A DNA stretch of 64,000 nucleotides from Azolla caroliniana (lineage: Eukaryota > Plantae > Polypodiophyta): positions 17,298,001 through 17,362,000 of the forward strand of contig JBHGNT010000001.1 in the NCBI GenBank assembly GCA_043228905.1. The letters are read 5' to 3'. Under the pieces are notes generated by a model that saw only the letters and a program-made list of their open reading frames with translations, was not told the DNA's origin and ran no database searches. Each line of letters opens with the position of its first letter. Within the stretch, counting starts at the first letter, position 1. Both the position numbers and the translations under genes were made by a program. Shown piece after piece: positions 1 through 10,639 of this stretch.

Positions 1-1700
1 CGGTAATACTCCTCGAATTGCCCTTGGTATTCTCCTCTGTTGTCCGCTCGAACTGCCTTCAGCATCTGGCCAGTTTCTCTTTCTACTCTTGCGTGGAGTT
101 CCTTGAAGGCGGATAACACCTGATCCTTCATCTTCAACGGTGAGCGCCACAACTTCCGGTTGTGGTCATCTACATCATGAAGTACTGTGATCCGGCATGT
201 GACTTTGTGTCCACTTGACACACATCGGTATGCACCAGCTCTAGTGGTGCATCCCAGAAGGAGGTTCGGTTTTGCTTGCTGGCCAACCAATCGGTGCACT
301 TCTCAAGTTGCACGTCCTTCACTGGAATGAGATTGACTTTGGCAAGTCCCTTCATCCCCTTTTGACTCGTGTGACACAACCTCTTGTGCAACAGCTCACC
401 CGCAGTGTCAAATGCTACGTTCATTTCTTCCAGGCATATCTGGGCATGCATCAGATATAGCGTGTTGACCTTCCGGGCTCAAGCCACTATTACGCTCCCT
501 TTGCTAAACTTCATAACTCCATTCCGGATGCTACCCGTGTAGCCTGCATCATCTAGCCGACCGACTGTTATCAGGTTCAATCAAACCTCCGGAATGTGTC
601 GGACATCCTTCAGTAGCAACTTGCATCTGGTTGATTTCATCAGCAACATATCTCCTATGCTGACAATTTGGCATGTATCTTCATTCCCCATGCGGACACA
701 ACCACGATCACCAACTATGTAGGATGAGAAGCATTTCCGATCCGGTGTCAAGTGGAATGATGCTCCGGAATCGACAACCCACGTTGTCTCATCACGAACA
801 AGGTTTAACTCATTCTCCTCGGTAATGAGCATTAGTTCCTCTTCACATGTCGCGATCACTGATGTTGCTTTCCGATCCATGCCTCTCCACTCCGAACTGT
901 TTCTATCGAACTCTTCTTCGAATCGGTAGTGCCAAATTCTTTCTCTTTCTGGAAATGCCGACAATTCTTTTGGAAATGTCCTAGCTTCCCGTAGTAAAAG
1001 CATGTGGGCCTTCCCTTGAATTCGACCTCGTCCCCGATTTGTCCTAGTTTTGGGGGCTCCGATACCCGCCTCTTCCCTGGTTGTGGTCATCTTCCGTGAC
1101 CAAGGCCTTCGGATCGGTTCTAGACTCCCGGTCCTTCCGGCAAGCTTCTTCATCTAGCAAGCTTGATTTTACCCTTGCTAGGGACAACCGTTTTCCTTCC
1201 AGCCCGGCGTTGCCCAACGTAACAACTAGCATCTCCCAACTATCCGAGAGGGAACCAAGTAGGAGTAATGCAAGTACCTCATCGGCAAGAGTTACTTCCA
1301 ATGAGGTGGCTTGATGTATCAGCCCCTGGAAGGCATTCATGTGCTCCACCATACTGGAGCCGTCCTAGTACCGGAGCCTCACTAGCTTTTGGAATACCGA
1401 AACCCGATTAACGACATTCTTGTTCTGGAACATGATGCCGATCTTCTCCCAGAGTTCATGAGCCTTGCTCTCTTCATTGAAGTTGTTGTACAGGATCATG
1501 TCGATGAAGCACTAGATGTATGTCGCTGTCTTCATGTGCATCACCTCCCACACTGTGGTGTCGATCTTATCCAGTCTCTTGTCCCCGAACTATACCAGCA
1601 ACCAAAGATCTTTAACCACCAGCATATCCCTCATCTTTGACTTCCACACTGAGTAGTTGGAGCCGTTGAGCTTGAACATGCCGCCGAATGATTCTTCCAT
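1..1700 (-). pseudogene. Copia gag-pol remnant (gag, protease, integrase N-terminus) with stops and frameshifts
   Basis: ORF fragments 1044-1352, 581-1153 and 170-451 carry Copia motifs in different frames. Confidence 0.9.
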
Positions 1701-1715
1701 TTCCTATGTTGTTCA

Positions 1716-1726
1716 CTCTGATACCA
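1716..1726 (-). promoter_or_regulatory. Primer binding site, tRNA-iMet
   Basis: TGGTATCAGAG on the minus strand, 3 nt after the LTR end. Confidence 0.9.
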
Positions 1727-1729
1727 GTT

Positions 1730-2270
1730 TGTGATGAATAGCGCGGAATTTTCTTGGCCACAACCGAGTCTTGAATCACTTGGATGGAAATCAAACACAG
1801 AAATGGGAAGTAGGGAGTGAGCAATGGAGGATACACAAGATGTTTACCTGGAAAACCCTATTAGGGAAAAAACCACGAGAGCCCACAGACTCCAAACTAT
1901 AACTATATAGGAAAAGGTACAAACAGATACTCAGAGGAAACAACCTCGAGCTCTATATCTTCGCCAGCCGGCGGTTACAATAGAGTATCACTCTGTATCT
2001 CTCTGTCTCTCTCTATACAACAGTTATCTCAACAATAATATGACAACCACATAAATTGATTGCCCTAAGTCATATTTATACTTATATGAACTTAGGTCTA
2101 TTTACAAAATTTATAGCCTCAATAGGCTTACTCAAAACATATTTATAAATATGTCTGCTCTTCTAATTCTCACCGGGTCCATCCGATCCGGTTTCTGGAT
2201 CTCTTCCGGTTCTCACTTGGTCCTCTTCGTTCATAACCAGATCCCATCCGGAGGGACCGTCTTCCCAACA
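1730..2270 (-). repeat. Copia 5' LTR
   Basis: TGTTGGGAAG...TCATCACA on the minus strand. Homologous to the LTRs at 30315, 34605 and 55861. Confidence 0.88.
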
Positions 2271-2324
2271 AAGATGTCGCGAAGATATGACAAAGACACG
2301 TGAACTTGAGGCAAGATCCCCGAG

Positions 2325-2457
2325 TGTCAGGAACTCTATTAAGGCAGAGAAGGAATTAGTACTAAAAGAAGGATTAGTACTATTGTTGGGGAATAGTACT
2401 AAGACAGAGAAGGATTAGTACTATGAGAGGTGTCGAACTTTGAGAGAAGGAATGAGT

Positions 2458-2511
<54 letters not shown>

Positions 2512-2797
2512 GCGAAAGATATATGTATTATATGAAGGAAGATATACAACAGTAGTTAAAAGGCTTAAGACTGGCGTTGAACCGATTTGGTTCGAACTAA
2601 TGCCTTGCGCCTCCTTTTATAGTGTCTTCAGGAATACTCCTGAAGTTTCTAGAATGTTCCAGAGAAATCTGGAATATACATCAATTTCCCAATAAAACCT
2701 AAATGAAAATAATATCCTTCAAATTACAATTCATAACCTAATGGTAAAGTCTCGACCCGTGTAACAAAAGGTTATGGGTTCGAGTCTAGTTATGACA
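2325..2797 (-). repeat. 3' LTR of chromovirus copy 1
   Basis: TGTCAGGAAC...TTATGACA on the plus strand, direct repeat of 6710-7174. Confidence 0.97.
2734..2787 (+). promoter_or_regulatory. tRNA-like Pol III A-box/B-box module inside the LTR (second copy at 7111-7164)
   Basis: TAACCTAATGG (2734) and GGTTCGAGTCT (2777), with starts 43 nt apart. Confidence 0.6.
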
Positions 2798-5435
2798 CTA
2801 TCCCCCCTTTAAAACGACGAGTTCCACGAGTCGTTTTGGATTGAGGACCCGGTTTCTCGGGATATCGTCGATGGAAGTCTTCTAGAAGAGCACGAGCATT
2901 GGTCACATTCTCGATCGGTTCCCAAGTACGCTCGCTGGGACTATATCCTAGCCAATCGACTAGATAGTAGAGCTTGTTGCGAACAATCTTGGAATCGAGG
3001 ATGGCAGCGACCTCATATTCAGGTCCATCTTCGAGCTCGATAGGAGGTGGTGGTTGTATAGTACGTCCTGGGATAGTGCTCTCGTGATAGGGTTCGAGGA
3101 GAGAACTATGAAACACCGGATGTATCCGAAGTTGCGGAGGTAGCTCGAGACGAAAAGCAACATCATTAATCTTCCCGATAATACGGAAAGGACCTAATCG
3201 CCGATAATCCAACTTCTCACATGGGCGAGTAGTCTTGATGTGTCGTCGTAGCAGCCACACCCGATCTCCAATGTTAAAACTGGATGGAAGTCGATGACAA
3301 TCTGCGTAGTCCTTGTGTGATTGTTGAGCTTGCTGGAGTTGAGTAGATAAATCCGCTTGTATCTTGCGTAACCGCTCCAAACGATCCTCCGCGCAAGGAT
3401 TTGTGGACACTTCTGGGGTTTCAAGGACGCACCACTGGGGATGATATCCCGTATAAGCGTAGAATGGCGTGACTTTAGTCGATGCGTGGATAGCGTTATT
3501 ATAGGCAAATTCGGCGAACTGAAGAATATCTGCCCAGTCATTCTGATGATAGTTGAGAAAGCACCGCAGATACTGCTCCAGTGTTTGATTTGTTCGTTCG
3601 GCTTGACCGTCGGTTTGTGGGTGGTAGCCGGAGGAGAGGTTACAAGTGACCTTCAGCATTTTAAAAAGGTGCTTCCAGAATTTTGACACAAACTGGGGTC
3701 CACGATCGCTGATGATATTATCAGGGAGTCCATGATGCCGACATACTTCCCGCATGACAATTTCGGCGGTGTCAAACTTACGGGAGTGGAAAGCCACAGG
3801 ATGTAGCTTCTCGTCGTTACCCTGTTGTGACAGAATGCTCCCCAATGCGAAATCCGATGCGTCAGCTTCGATAATGAATGGTTTTTCCGGATCCACATGA
3901 CCTAAAATTGGAGCTGATGTAAACGCCTTCTTAAGACTCTCGAAAGCCATGTCCGTCTCTTTAGACCAAATGAATGATTGTCCCTTCCTGGTGAGCTGTG
4001 TGAGAGGCAGCACAATTTTTGAGTAATTTTGTATGAACTTCCGGTAAAAATTTGCAAAGCCTAGGAAGCATTGCACATCCCGCACCGAATGCGGAGTGTG
4101 CCATTCTATCACCGTTTTGACCTTGGCTGGGTCCATAGATATGCCTTCTGAGGAGATGACATAGCCGAGAAATTCCACTTGGTTGCACCCGAAACTACAT
4201 TTCTCTAACTTTGCATACAGACCATGTTCTCGAAGTCGTTTTAGTACTAATAGTACATGAGAATCATGTTCTTCTTGGGTCTTTGAATAAACCAGTAGAT
4301 CATCCAAATAGATGATCAAAAAATCATCCAAGAGATCTCGAAATATATCATTCGCCATGTGCTGGAAGACTGCCGGCGCATTAGTGAGTCCGAACGGCAT
4401 GACCGTATACTCGAAGTGCCCATATCTGGTGCGAAACGCGGTCTTCCATTCATCTCCTGGTCGGATCCGTACGAGGTTATAGGCTCCTCGTAAGTCGATC
4501 TTCGTGAAGAACCTGGCACCGTTGATCCGTTCTAAAAGACTTGAGATAAGGGGAAGAGCATACCTATTTCTTACTGTGACCTTATTCAAGCCACGGTAAT
4601 CTACAACGAGTCGAAGCGAGCCATCTTTTTTCTTGACGAAGAAAATGGGTGCGCCAGCTGGAGATTTCGAATGCCGAATGAAACCGTTCTCCAAATTCTC
4701 CTCTATATAGGCTCGAAGGACTTCTAGCTCGGTGGGTGACAAATTGTAGATCGGCCCCCATGGCGGCTCTTTTCCCGGTTGTAAGTCGATGGCGCAATCG
4801 TACGGCCGATGATGAGGAAGTGTGTTGGCTTGTACTTTATCGAACACATCAGCATACTGACGATACTTCTCGGGAAGTTGAACAGTGGACTCCTCTTTGG
4901 TGGTGCTGGAGGGTTGTACTGATATTGCGAAGAGAAACATTTCCTCCTTGCCCCCTTCCTTACGCAACTGACGTAGCGAAATGGTTGCAACCTTCTGGGT
5001 AGGTCCTTGGGTTTGTTGCAACCGGATTTCCCTTGTCCTCCAATCTATGTCTGGGTTATGTAACTCGAACCATGGTAATCCTAAAACTATGGGGTGTTCT
5101 GGAATACTAATAATATTAAATGATACTACACATGTTAAGTTATCTAGGACAATATTAACGGGTTCCGACTCTTCTATGATATTACCAGAAGCAATGGGAC
5201 GACCATCAATGACTACTACTGAGGCTGGACATGGGAGCTTTCTGAGAGATATCTGATGAGCTCGGGCAAAATTCCTATCCATGAAGCAAGAATTAGCTCC
5301 GGAATCTAGAAGGGCTAAGGTATGTACTGGAGGGGTACTTTTAGTACTAACTGCTACTTGGGCTACGAACACATCACTAACTTGCTTAGAGGGAATGGAA
5401 CCACTAATGGGCTGCACAGATCTAGGGCTGTCCAA
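2790..5435 (-). CDS. pol: Pol polyprotein: protease, RT, truncated RNase H fused to truncated integrase, chromodomain
   Basis: [43 protein letters not shown] and chromodomain EYEVAAILD..YLVDWLGY..TWEP. The stop codon lies inside the 3' LTR. Probably entered by -1 frameshift from gag. Confidence 0.93.
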   Translation of the reverse strand: MDSPRSVQPISGSIPSKQVSDVFVAQVAVSTKSTPPVHTLALLDSGANSCFMDRNFARAHQISLRKLPCPASVVVIDGRPIASGNIIEESEPVNIVLDNLTCVVSFNIISIPEHPIVLGLPWFELHNPDIDWRTREIRLQQTQGPTQKVATISLRQLRKEGGKEEMFLFAISVQPSSTTKEESTVQLPEKYRQYADVFDKVQANTLPHHRPYDCAIDLQPGKEPPWGPIYNLSPTELEVLRAYIEENLENGFIRHSKSPAGAPIFFVKKKDGSLRLVVDYRGLNKVTVRNRYALPLISSLLERINGARFFTKIDLRGAYNLVRIRPGDEWKTAFRTRYGHFEYTVMPFGLTNAPAVFQHMANDIFRDLLDDFLIIYLDDLLVYSKTQEEHDSHVLLVLKRLREHGLYAKLEKCSFGCNQVEFLGYVISSEGISMDPAKVKTVIEWHTPHSVRDVQCFLGFANFYRKFIQNYSKIVLPLTQLTRKGQSFIWSKETDMAFESLKKAFTSAPILGHVDPEKPFIIEADASDFALGSILSQQGNDEKLHPVAFHSRKFDTAEIVMREVCRHHGLPDNIISDRGPQFVSKFWKHLFKMLKVTCNLSSGYHPQTDGQAERTNQTLEQYLRCFLNYHQNDWADILQFAEFAYNNAIHASTKVTPFYAYTGYHPQWCVLETPEVSTNPCAEDRLERLRKIQADLSTQLQQAQQSHKDYADCHRLPSSFNIGDRVWLLRRHIKTTRPCEKLDYRRLGPFRIIGKINDVAFRLELPPQLRIHPVFHSSLLEPYHESTIPGRTIQPPPPIELEDGPEYEVAAILDSKIVRNKLYYLVDWLGYSPSERTWEPIENVTNARALLEDFHRRYPEKPGPQSKTTRGTRRFKGGIVS

Positions 5436-5474
5436 CCAAACGGCTCCTATTTTGGCTGGACTTAGTCGTTTAAC
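5423..5474 (-). promoter_or_regulatory. Putative -1 programmed ribosomal frameshift signal (slippery heptamer plus pseudoknot)
   Basis: G_UUA_AAC in the gag frame (5474-5468), 7-nt spacer, 10-bp stem UCCAGCCAAA/UUUGGUUGGA, loop UAGGAGC able to pair with downstream GCCCUA. pol is in the -1 frame. Confidence 0.75.
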
Positions 5475-6631
5475 TCTTCTTCTAATTGGCTAAGGACATC
5501 AAATTTGTTTGCGAGATTCGGACTATTAGTACTATTAGGACTATTATGACTATGAGGACTATCAGAGATTCCTACTGAAATAGACTCGGGTTTAGTATAG
5601 TCAGAACTAACAACGACTTGGTTTACCTGCCTTCTTGGTCTATGGGGACAGTTTATCGCGATATGCCCTGGTCCACCGCAATAAAGGCATAATCGGTTTG
5701 TTCGGCGTCGTTGCTTTTCCTCCTCCGATAGCGGCCCACGACGACGTGTAGTGTCAATTTCCATTGGAGTTGGAGTACTTACTGGAGGCGCATTTTGTGA
5801 CTCCCTTTGAAAAGGTTTTGCTACCACTGAGGCATAGGTAGGCTCGGATCTTGCCCTCGGCATCTGAAATTGTCGTTCCGAACGTCGCTCGAAGAGGCGG
5901 TTGTCACATCTGACCGCTCGACTGATTGCTTCTGTTAATGATTTTGGCTCTTCAGGGAAAGTCAAGAGTAAATCCTTGACATCGTTGCGTAGACCATAGC
6001 GGAACTGCTCCATCAATGCTTGATCATCCCAGGGGATATCGGCGGCGAGTAGGCGGAAATCTGCAGCATATGCGGAGGCTGGACGGTCACCTTGGCGTAA
6101 TCGCCGGATTTTGTTGATTGCAGTCCTTATGCTGTCAGTATCTCCAAAACATGCTTTAAACTCACTTATGAATTCTTCAAAATTATTTAGTACTGGAGAT
6201 TCCTTTTCTAGTAGCGGAGCGAACCATGCTAATGCTGAGCCATTTAACAACGTGCCTACTAAACCCACTCGTGATGCATCGGTGGGATATCGGGATGGAT
6301 GCATTTGAATAACTAACCGTACCTGGTTAAGAAACCCTCTAAACTGCGATCGCGTTCCATCGAACTTCGTGGGAAGGCCAATCTTGGGTTCTTTATGAAT
6401 CCCTTGTGCTCCGTGCCCTTGTTGTTGCATTGCTACGATGGTTGCTTCGAGTTGTTGCACGCGTAACGCAAGTTCCCCATGCTGTTGTTGCGTTTGCTGC
6501 TTTTCTAAGGAAATTTGCTGAAGATCCCCCAACAAGCGTTGATTTTCTTGTTCCAAAGCATGAAACTTCTCTTTCAAGCATTGAAATTCCGAGAAAACGG
6601 ATTGATACTCTTCAGCGCTAACGGTGGCCAT
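5462..6631 (-). CDS. gag: Gag (coiled coil, capsid, CCHC zinc knuckle), intact, 389 aa
   Basis: KEPKIGLPTKFDG, LRQGDRPASAYAADF, TPMEID, CLYCGGPGHIAINC. Confidence 0.95.
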   Translation of the reverse strand: MATVSAEEYQSVFSEFQCLKEKFHALEQENQRLLGDLQQISLEKQQTQQQHGELALRVQQLEATIVAMQQQGHGAQGIHKEPKIGLPTKFDGTRSQFRGFLNQVRLVIQMHPSRYPTDASRVGLVGTLLNGSALAWFAPLLEKESPVLNNFEEFISEFKACFGDTDSIRTAINKIRRLRQGDRPASAYAADFRLLAADIPWDDQALMEQFRYGLRNDVKDLLLTFPEEPKSLTEAISRAVRCDNRLFERRSERQFQMPRARSEPTYASVVAKPFQRESQNAPPVSTPTPMEIDTTRRRGPLSEEEKQRRRTNRLCLYCGGPGHIAINCPHRPRRQVNQVVVSSDYTKPESISVGISDSPHSHNSPNSTNSPNLANKFDVLSQLEEELND

Positions 6632-6695
6632 GGGATGAAGGAAAAGGGAAATAAGAGACTAGTAGGAAAGGAGGGAGAGAAAAGACCAGACACCA

Positions 6696-6707
6696 AAATC
6701 GGTTCAA
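6696..6707 (-). promoter_or_regulatory. Self-priming PBS (not tRNA-complementary)
   Basis: TTGAACCGATTT lies 2 nt after the LTR end and is the exact complement of AAATCGGTTCAA at 6965-6954, which starts 33 nt downstream of TATAAAA (6998-6992). Confidence 0.85.
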
Positions 6708-6709
6708 AC

Positions 6710-6842
6710 TGTCAGGAACTCTATTAAGGCAGAGAAGGAATTAGTACTAAAAGAAGGATTAGTACTATTGTTGGGGAATAGTACTAAGACAGAGAAGGAT
6801 TAGTACTATGAGAGGTGTCGAACTTTGAGAGAAGGAATGAGT

Positions 6843-6888
<46 letters not shown>

Positions 6889-7174
6889 GCGAAAGATATA
6901 TGTATTATATGAAGGAAGATATACAACAGTAGTTAAAAGGCTTAAGACTGGCGTTGAACCGATTTGGTTCGAACTAATGCCTTGCGCCTCCTTTTATAGT
7001 GTCTTCAGGAATACTCCTGAAGTTTCTAGAATGTTCCAGAGAAATCTGGAATATACATCAATTTCCCAATAAAACCTAAATGAAAATAATATCCTTCAAA
7101 TTACAATTCATAACCTAATGGTAAAGTCTCGACCCGTGTAACAAAAGGTTATGGGTTCGAGTCTAGTTATGACA
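6710..7174 (-). repeat. 5' LTR of chromovirus copy 1
   Basis: Direct repeat of 2325-2797. Contains the TATA box and the self-primer sequence. Confidence 0.97.
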
Positions 7175-8460
7175 CCGAGTCTTTGACAAGAGGATATCAA
7201 ATTCGTGCGTTTATACTTTAAGAATTAACGGAAACGAAAAATGTTTTTAATTTTTCATTAGCAAAGAAAAGAAAATTACAATCTATCCCAAGATTGGGAT
7301 TACAGAAGTTTCAGGGTTTATGAGATATGGCTTAGATAAAAAAAAAATTGGGTTAGGGTTATTCGTGATAACTTTTTCCTTCCCTTCCCTTCTATGAGAA
7401 AAGGAAAATTGCCTCTTCTCCCCCAATTGCATGCATCCACACATGACCTTTACTTTAGTTGCATGGCCTCTACGTTCAGTTGCATGCGTCCACACATGAC
7501 CTTTACTTTAGTTGCATGACCTCTACACTCAGTTTCATGAATCCACACATGATCGTTACTTTAGTTTAAAAATGTAAAGTTCGACCCGTGCATGATCTGT
7601 ACGGTCGTGCTGACCGATCCATTTGTCTTGACGGACCCGCGACAAGCCCGTGCGTCTAGACTGACCCGTTGCATCGTGAACGATCCGTGCGTCTGGACTA
7701 ATCGCTACATCTCGACCAACCTGCGACAACCCGGTGTGTCCCGTTCAGAACGTTCCAATCCATGTGTCTGGACCGACCCCTACATCTCGACCGACCCACA
7801 ACATGCCTCTGCGTCCCATTCAGGACGTTCTGAACCGTTCGAAAATCATTTCGAGCAGTTCATCCCCACTTGTCGGGTTGTGACCGATCCGTGTGTCCTG
7901 GCCGACCTGTGACAAACCCGTGCGTCCCGTTCCGGACTTTCCGAACCGTTCCAAAATAGTATCAAGCACCTAGGCAATTCGGTTGCATCCGTCCGATCAA
8001 ATAGTTCGGCCCAAATCACCGTAACCGTTTTGTGTTCCAAACACACACACATAAAATAATGGGTTTCGGGTCTAGTTATATATTGATAGATCTGATGTTG
8101 TCCTATCTATGTGGGATATCTTACAGTTTTGTTTCCCCCATTTTCTCAAACTTCATATCCATATAATTTGATACATAGTTGTTTGTTTTATATGTAGTAA
8201 AATGTGTTCGACATCTCTTGAACACGTCCATCTTTTGATACCAAGCCATTAAGCTAATCTAATATAATTATTAGAAAAATTGTCTCTCTCATCTTCTGCC
8301 CTAGTTGCATGTGGGACACACATGAGCTTTACTTTAGTTGTATGGCTTCTACGTTCAGTTGCATGTGTGGACACATGGCCTTTAATTTAGTTGCATAGCC
8401 TCTACGTTTAGTTGCATGCATCCACACATGACCTTTACTATAGTTGCATGGCCTCTACAT

Positions 8461-8619
8461 TGTCGCGGTAATCTGCGAGTATATGTCAAAAGGGGCGGGA
8501 CCATGGGGGTCTTTGACGAGGAAGAGATGGATGTCGGGAGACCGACCCTCTTCGGTCCCGACTGCACTGGCTGTGACGCAAACGGAAACGATTCTTGACA
8601 CGTACCGGAGGCTATCAAA

Positions 8620-8661
<42 letters not shown>

Positions 8662-9301
8662 CATGCAACACCGACTCAACGCACATTACTTATGTACAGA
8701 AAAGGAAAGAAGAAACTCCGAAGACGTAGACATAGACACACATGCACAAAACTTCACTATATATGTACAAGAGTAAGATACAACCCTGTCTTCCAACCGG
8801 ACCAAGGTAGGTTAGGTTGCAACAGTAGTCTGCTACCAAGCCGCCGATCGGGGAGCTCTCGGGCTCGTTGCGCCTAGCGGGGTCTTGCACAGGAGACATG
8901 GCAAAAGCCTAAACCCCTTTAGACATACGACCTCCTAACAAGACTAAACCCTACACAGACACAAAGACCCAACCCACACGACGACGAAGAAGAAGAAGAA
9001 CTCGAAGAACCCTAATAGAAAACAAGAAAGTAAGAAGAAAGATTATCATACCCTCCTAACTCAAAATGGGCAACCCTTTTACAAGGGGCACTCCCTTCCT
9101 TTTATAAAACAAGGGATGCATAACAATGTGGGATAAATCCCGTTGTACATGGGATCCTTTGTCCCAAATTAACTCTTGTTCGGCGCCATAAAGGCGCCCC
9201 TATTATTCACACGTTTATACAAGGGTAAGGGCACACGATGCACTTCGCCGATGCCATTAACTTCTCCGGTTTTCTCACTACGGTTGTGAATCTTAACGAC
9301 A
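8461..9301 (-). repeat. 3' LTR
   Basis: Diverged direct repeat of 14530-15371. Confidence 0.92.
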
Positions 9302-10639
9302 TCTGCCCCCACCAAACCGCACGTCCATGGGTACGTGCCAAATCCAAAGAAATATGAGAGATTCCTGCCGTAGTGAACAACCGGTCTTCTGTAATCCTCA
9401 TCCCGGCTACAGTGTTGGCCTCCGCCGGTCCGAACCATCGGCTCCGGTTCCATCCTCGCACTCGCCTCTCCGTAGGCTTGTTTGACCTGCTGATAGGTCT
9501 TTCGCCGCGATCCGGTCTCGTACGTGTGCTTGGCATGTGGCCCATGATCAACCATATGCACGCCCCTCGCTTCCCTGTATACCCAGTGTCCTCCATGTCC
9601 GAGTAGCATCCCGTAGTAGCCCGCTTAGCCACCGTCGATCTCTGGGATGCCTTCATTGCTTGTCCGGTGCCGTTGTTCACAATTGCCCTTGTCCCCTTTC
9701 TGCCATTGTCACGTTGCCACGTCGGCCGAACTACCGGGGTCTCCGGAATTGGTGTGAAGGGTCCTTCTTGGGTTGTTGATGTTGTTCGAGGCTACCGACC
9801 CGAGCAATCTATCCTCGCGTGGGTATTCTCATCCAAGCACCTCTATGTGCTACATAACTCTTGACTACACCCCGCAAGAGGCTTAGTTTGCTGCCCTCCT
9901 TCGCTCAGTGCCACCCGTTCGGAACTCTGGTATTTCTCTGTGCAGGCTTCGTCGGCCCCTGACCTGCCAGATCATGCATCATCGCTTGTCGTTTCTCCGT
10001 ATACCGATGTCCTCCGTGTTCAAGGAACACCCTGTGTCGGTCTGCTTGGCCCCTTTCAGTCCGCGTTGTTCAAACTGGTTCGGCGCCATACACTTGCCGT
10101 TGTCCCCTCGCCCCACCCACTAGCTTGTTATCTTGGGCTTGGCTTGCCACGCGAGTCGTTGCCACTCCAACTGAACCGCCGAGAGCTCCAAAGCGGGTGT
10201 GGAGGATCCTTCTTCGGTCACCGACACCGTTTCCGGCAACCGACCTATGCAACTTAACCCAGGCCCTGTTTCACACCCGACACCACCGTGTGCCATCTTC
10301 CACCTTCCTTGCTCGGCACCGCCTGTGCCAAACACCGTCCCGTACCCGTGCTTTACTTCGGCCCTTAATGGCCACACACACGTCTTCCGATCAACTTCTG
10401 GGTGTGCCCTTTCGGCTCGACACAGAGCTCCCCACTTGGGTATCCTTGGTAGCTTTCTGTGCCGCTACCCACGAAGGATCACCCTTGCCCGTTCCAGCCC
10501 GCCTGGCCTTCCTTGTTCTCACAACGCCTTGGTTGGGTCCAGTGTCATCGCCCATTGTTGCCTTTGTCCCCTCGCCCACACCTGCTTATCATCTCGGGCT
10601 TATGCTTGCCATGCCAGCCATCGCCACCCCGACTGAGTT

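Larger units (their letters stand above)
1..2270 (-). mobile_element. Ty1/Copia LTR retrotransposon, 5' part (runs off the left edge of the window), degenerate
   Basis: 5' LTR 2270-1730 followed by an iMet PBS, gag, protease (WVVDSGASFH), GAG-pre-integrase (HKRLCH) and integrase start (LELVHTDVC). Same family as 30315-35167 and 55861-57947. Confidence 0.92.
2325..7174 (-). mobile_element. Ty3/Gypsy chromovirus (Tcn1/Tf1/sushi-like), very recent insertion, internally deleted
   Basis: LTRs appear identical except for (GA)n length. TG..CA termini, perfect 5-bp TSD CCGAG (2320-2324 and 7175-7179), PPT AAAGGGGGGATAG next to the 3' LTR, open gag and pol with a C-terminal chromodomain. Confidence 0.97.

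Noticed and set aside
2456-2695. ORFs with ERERER runs (also 6815-7072 and 8444-8776)
   Set aside because: These are translations of (GA)n microsatellites in LTRs.
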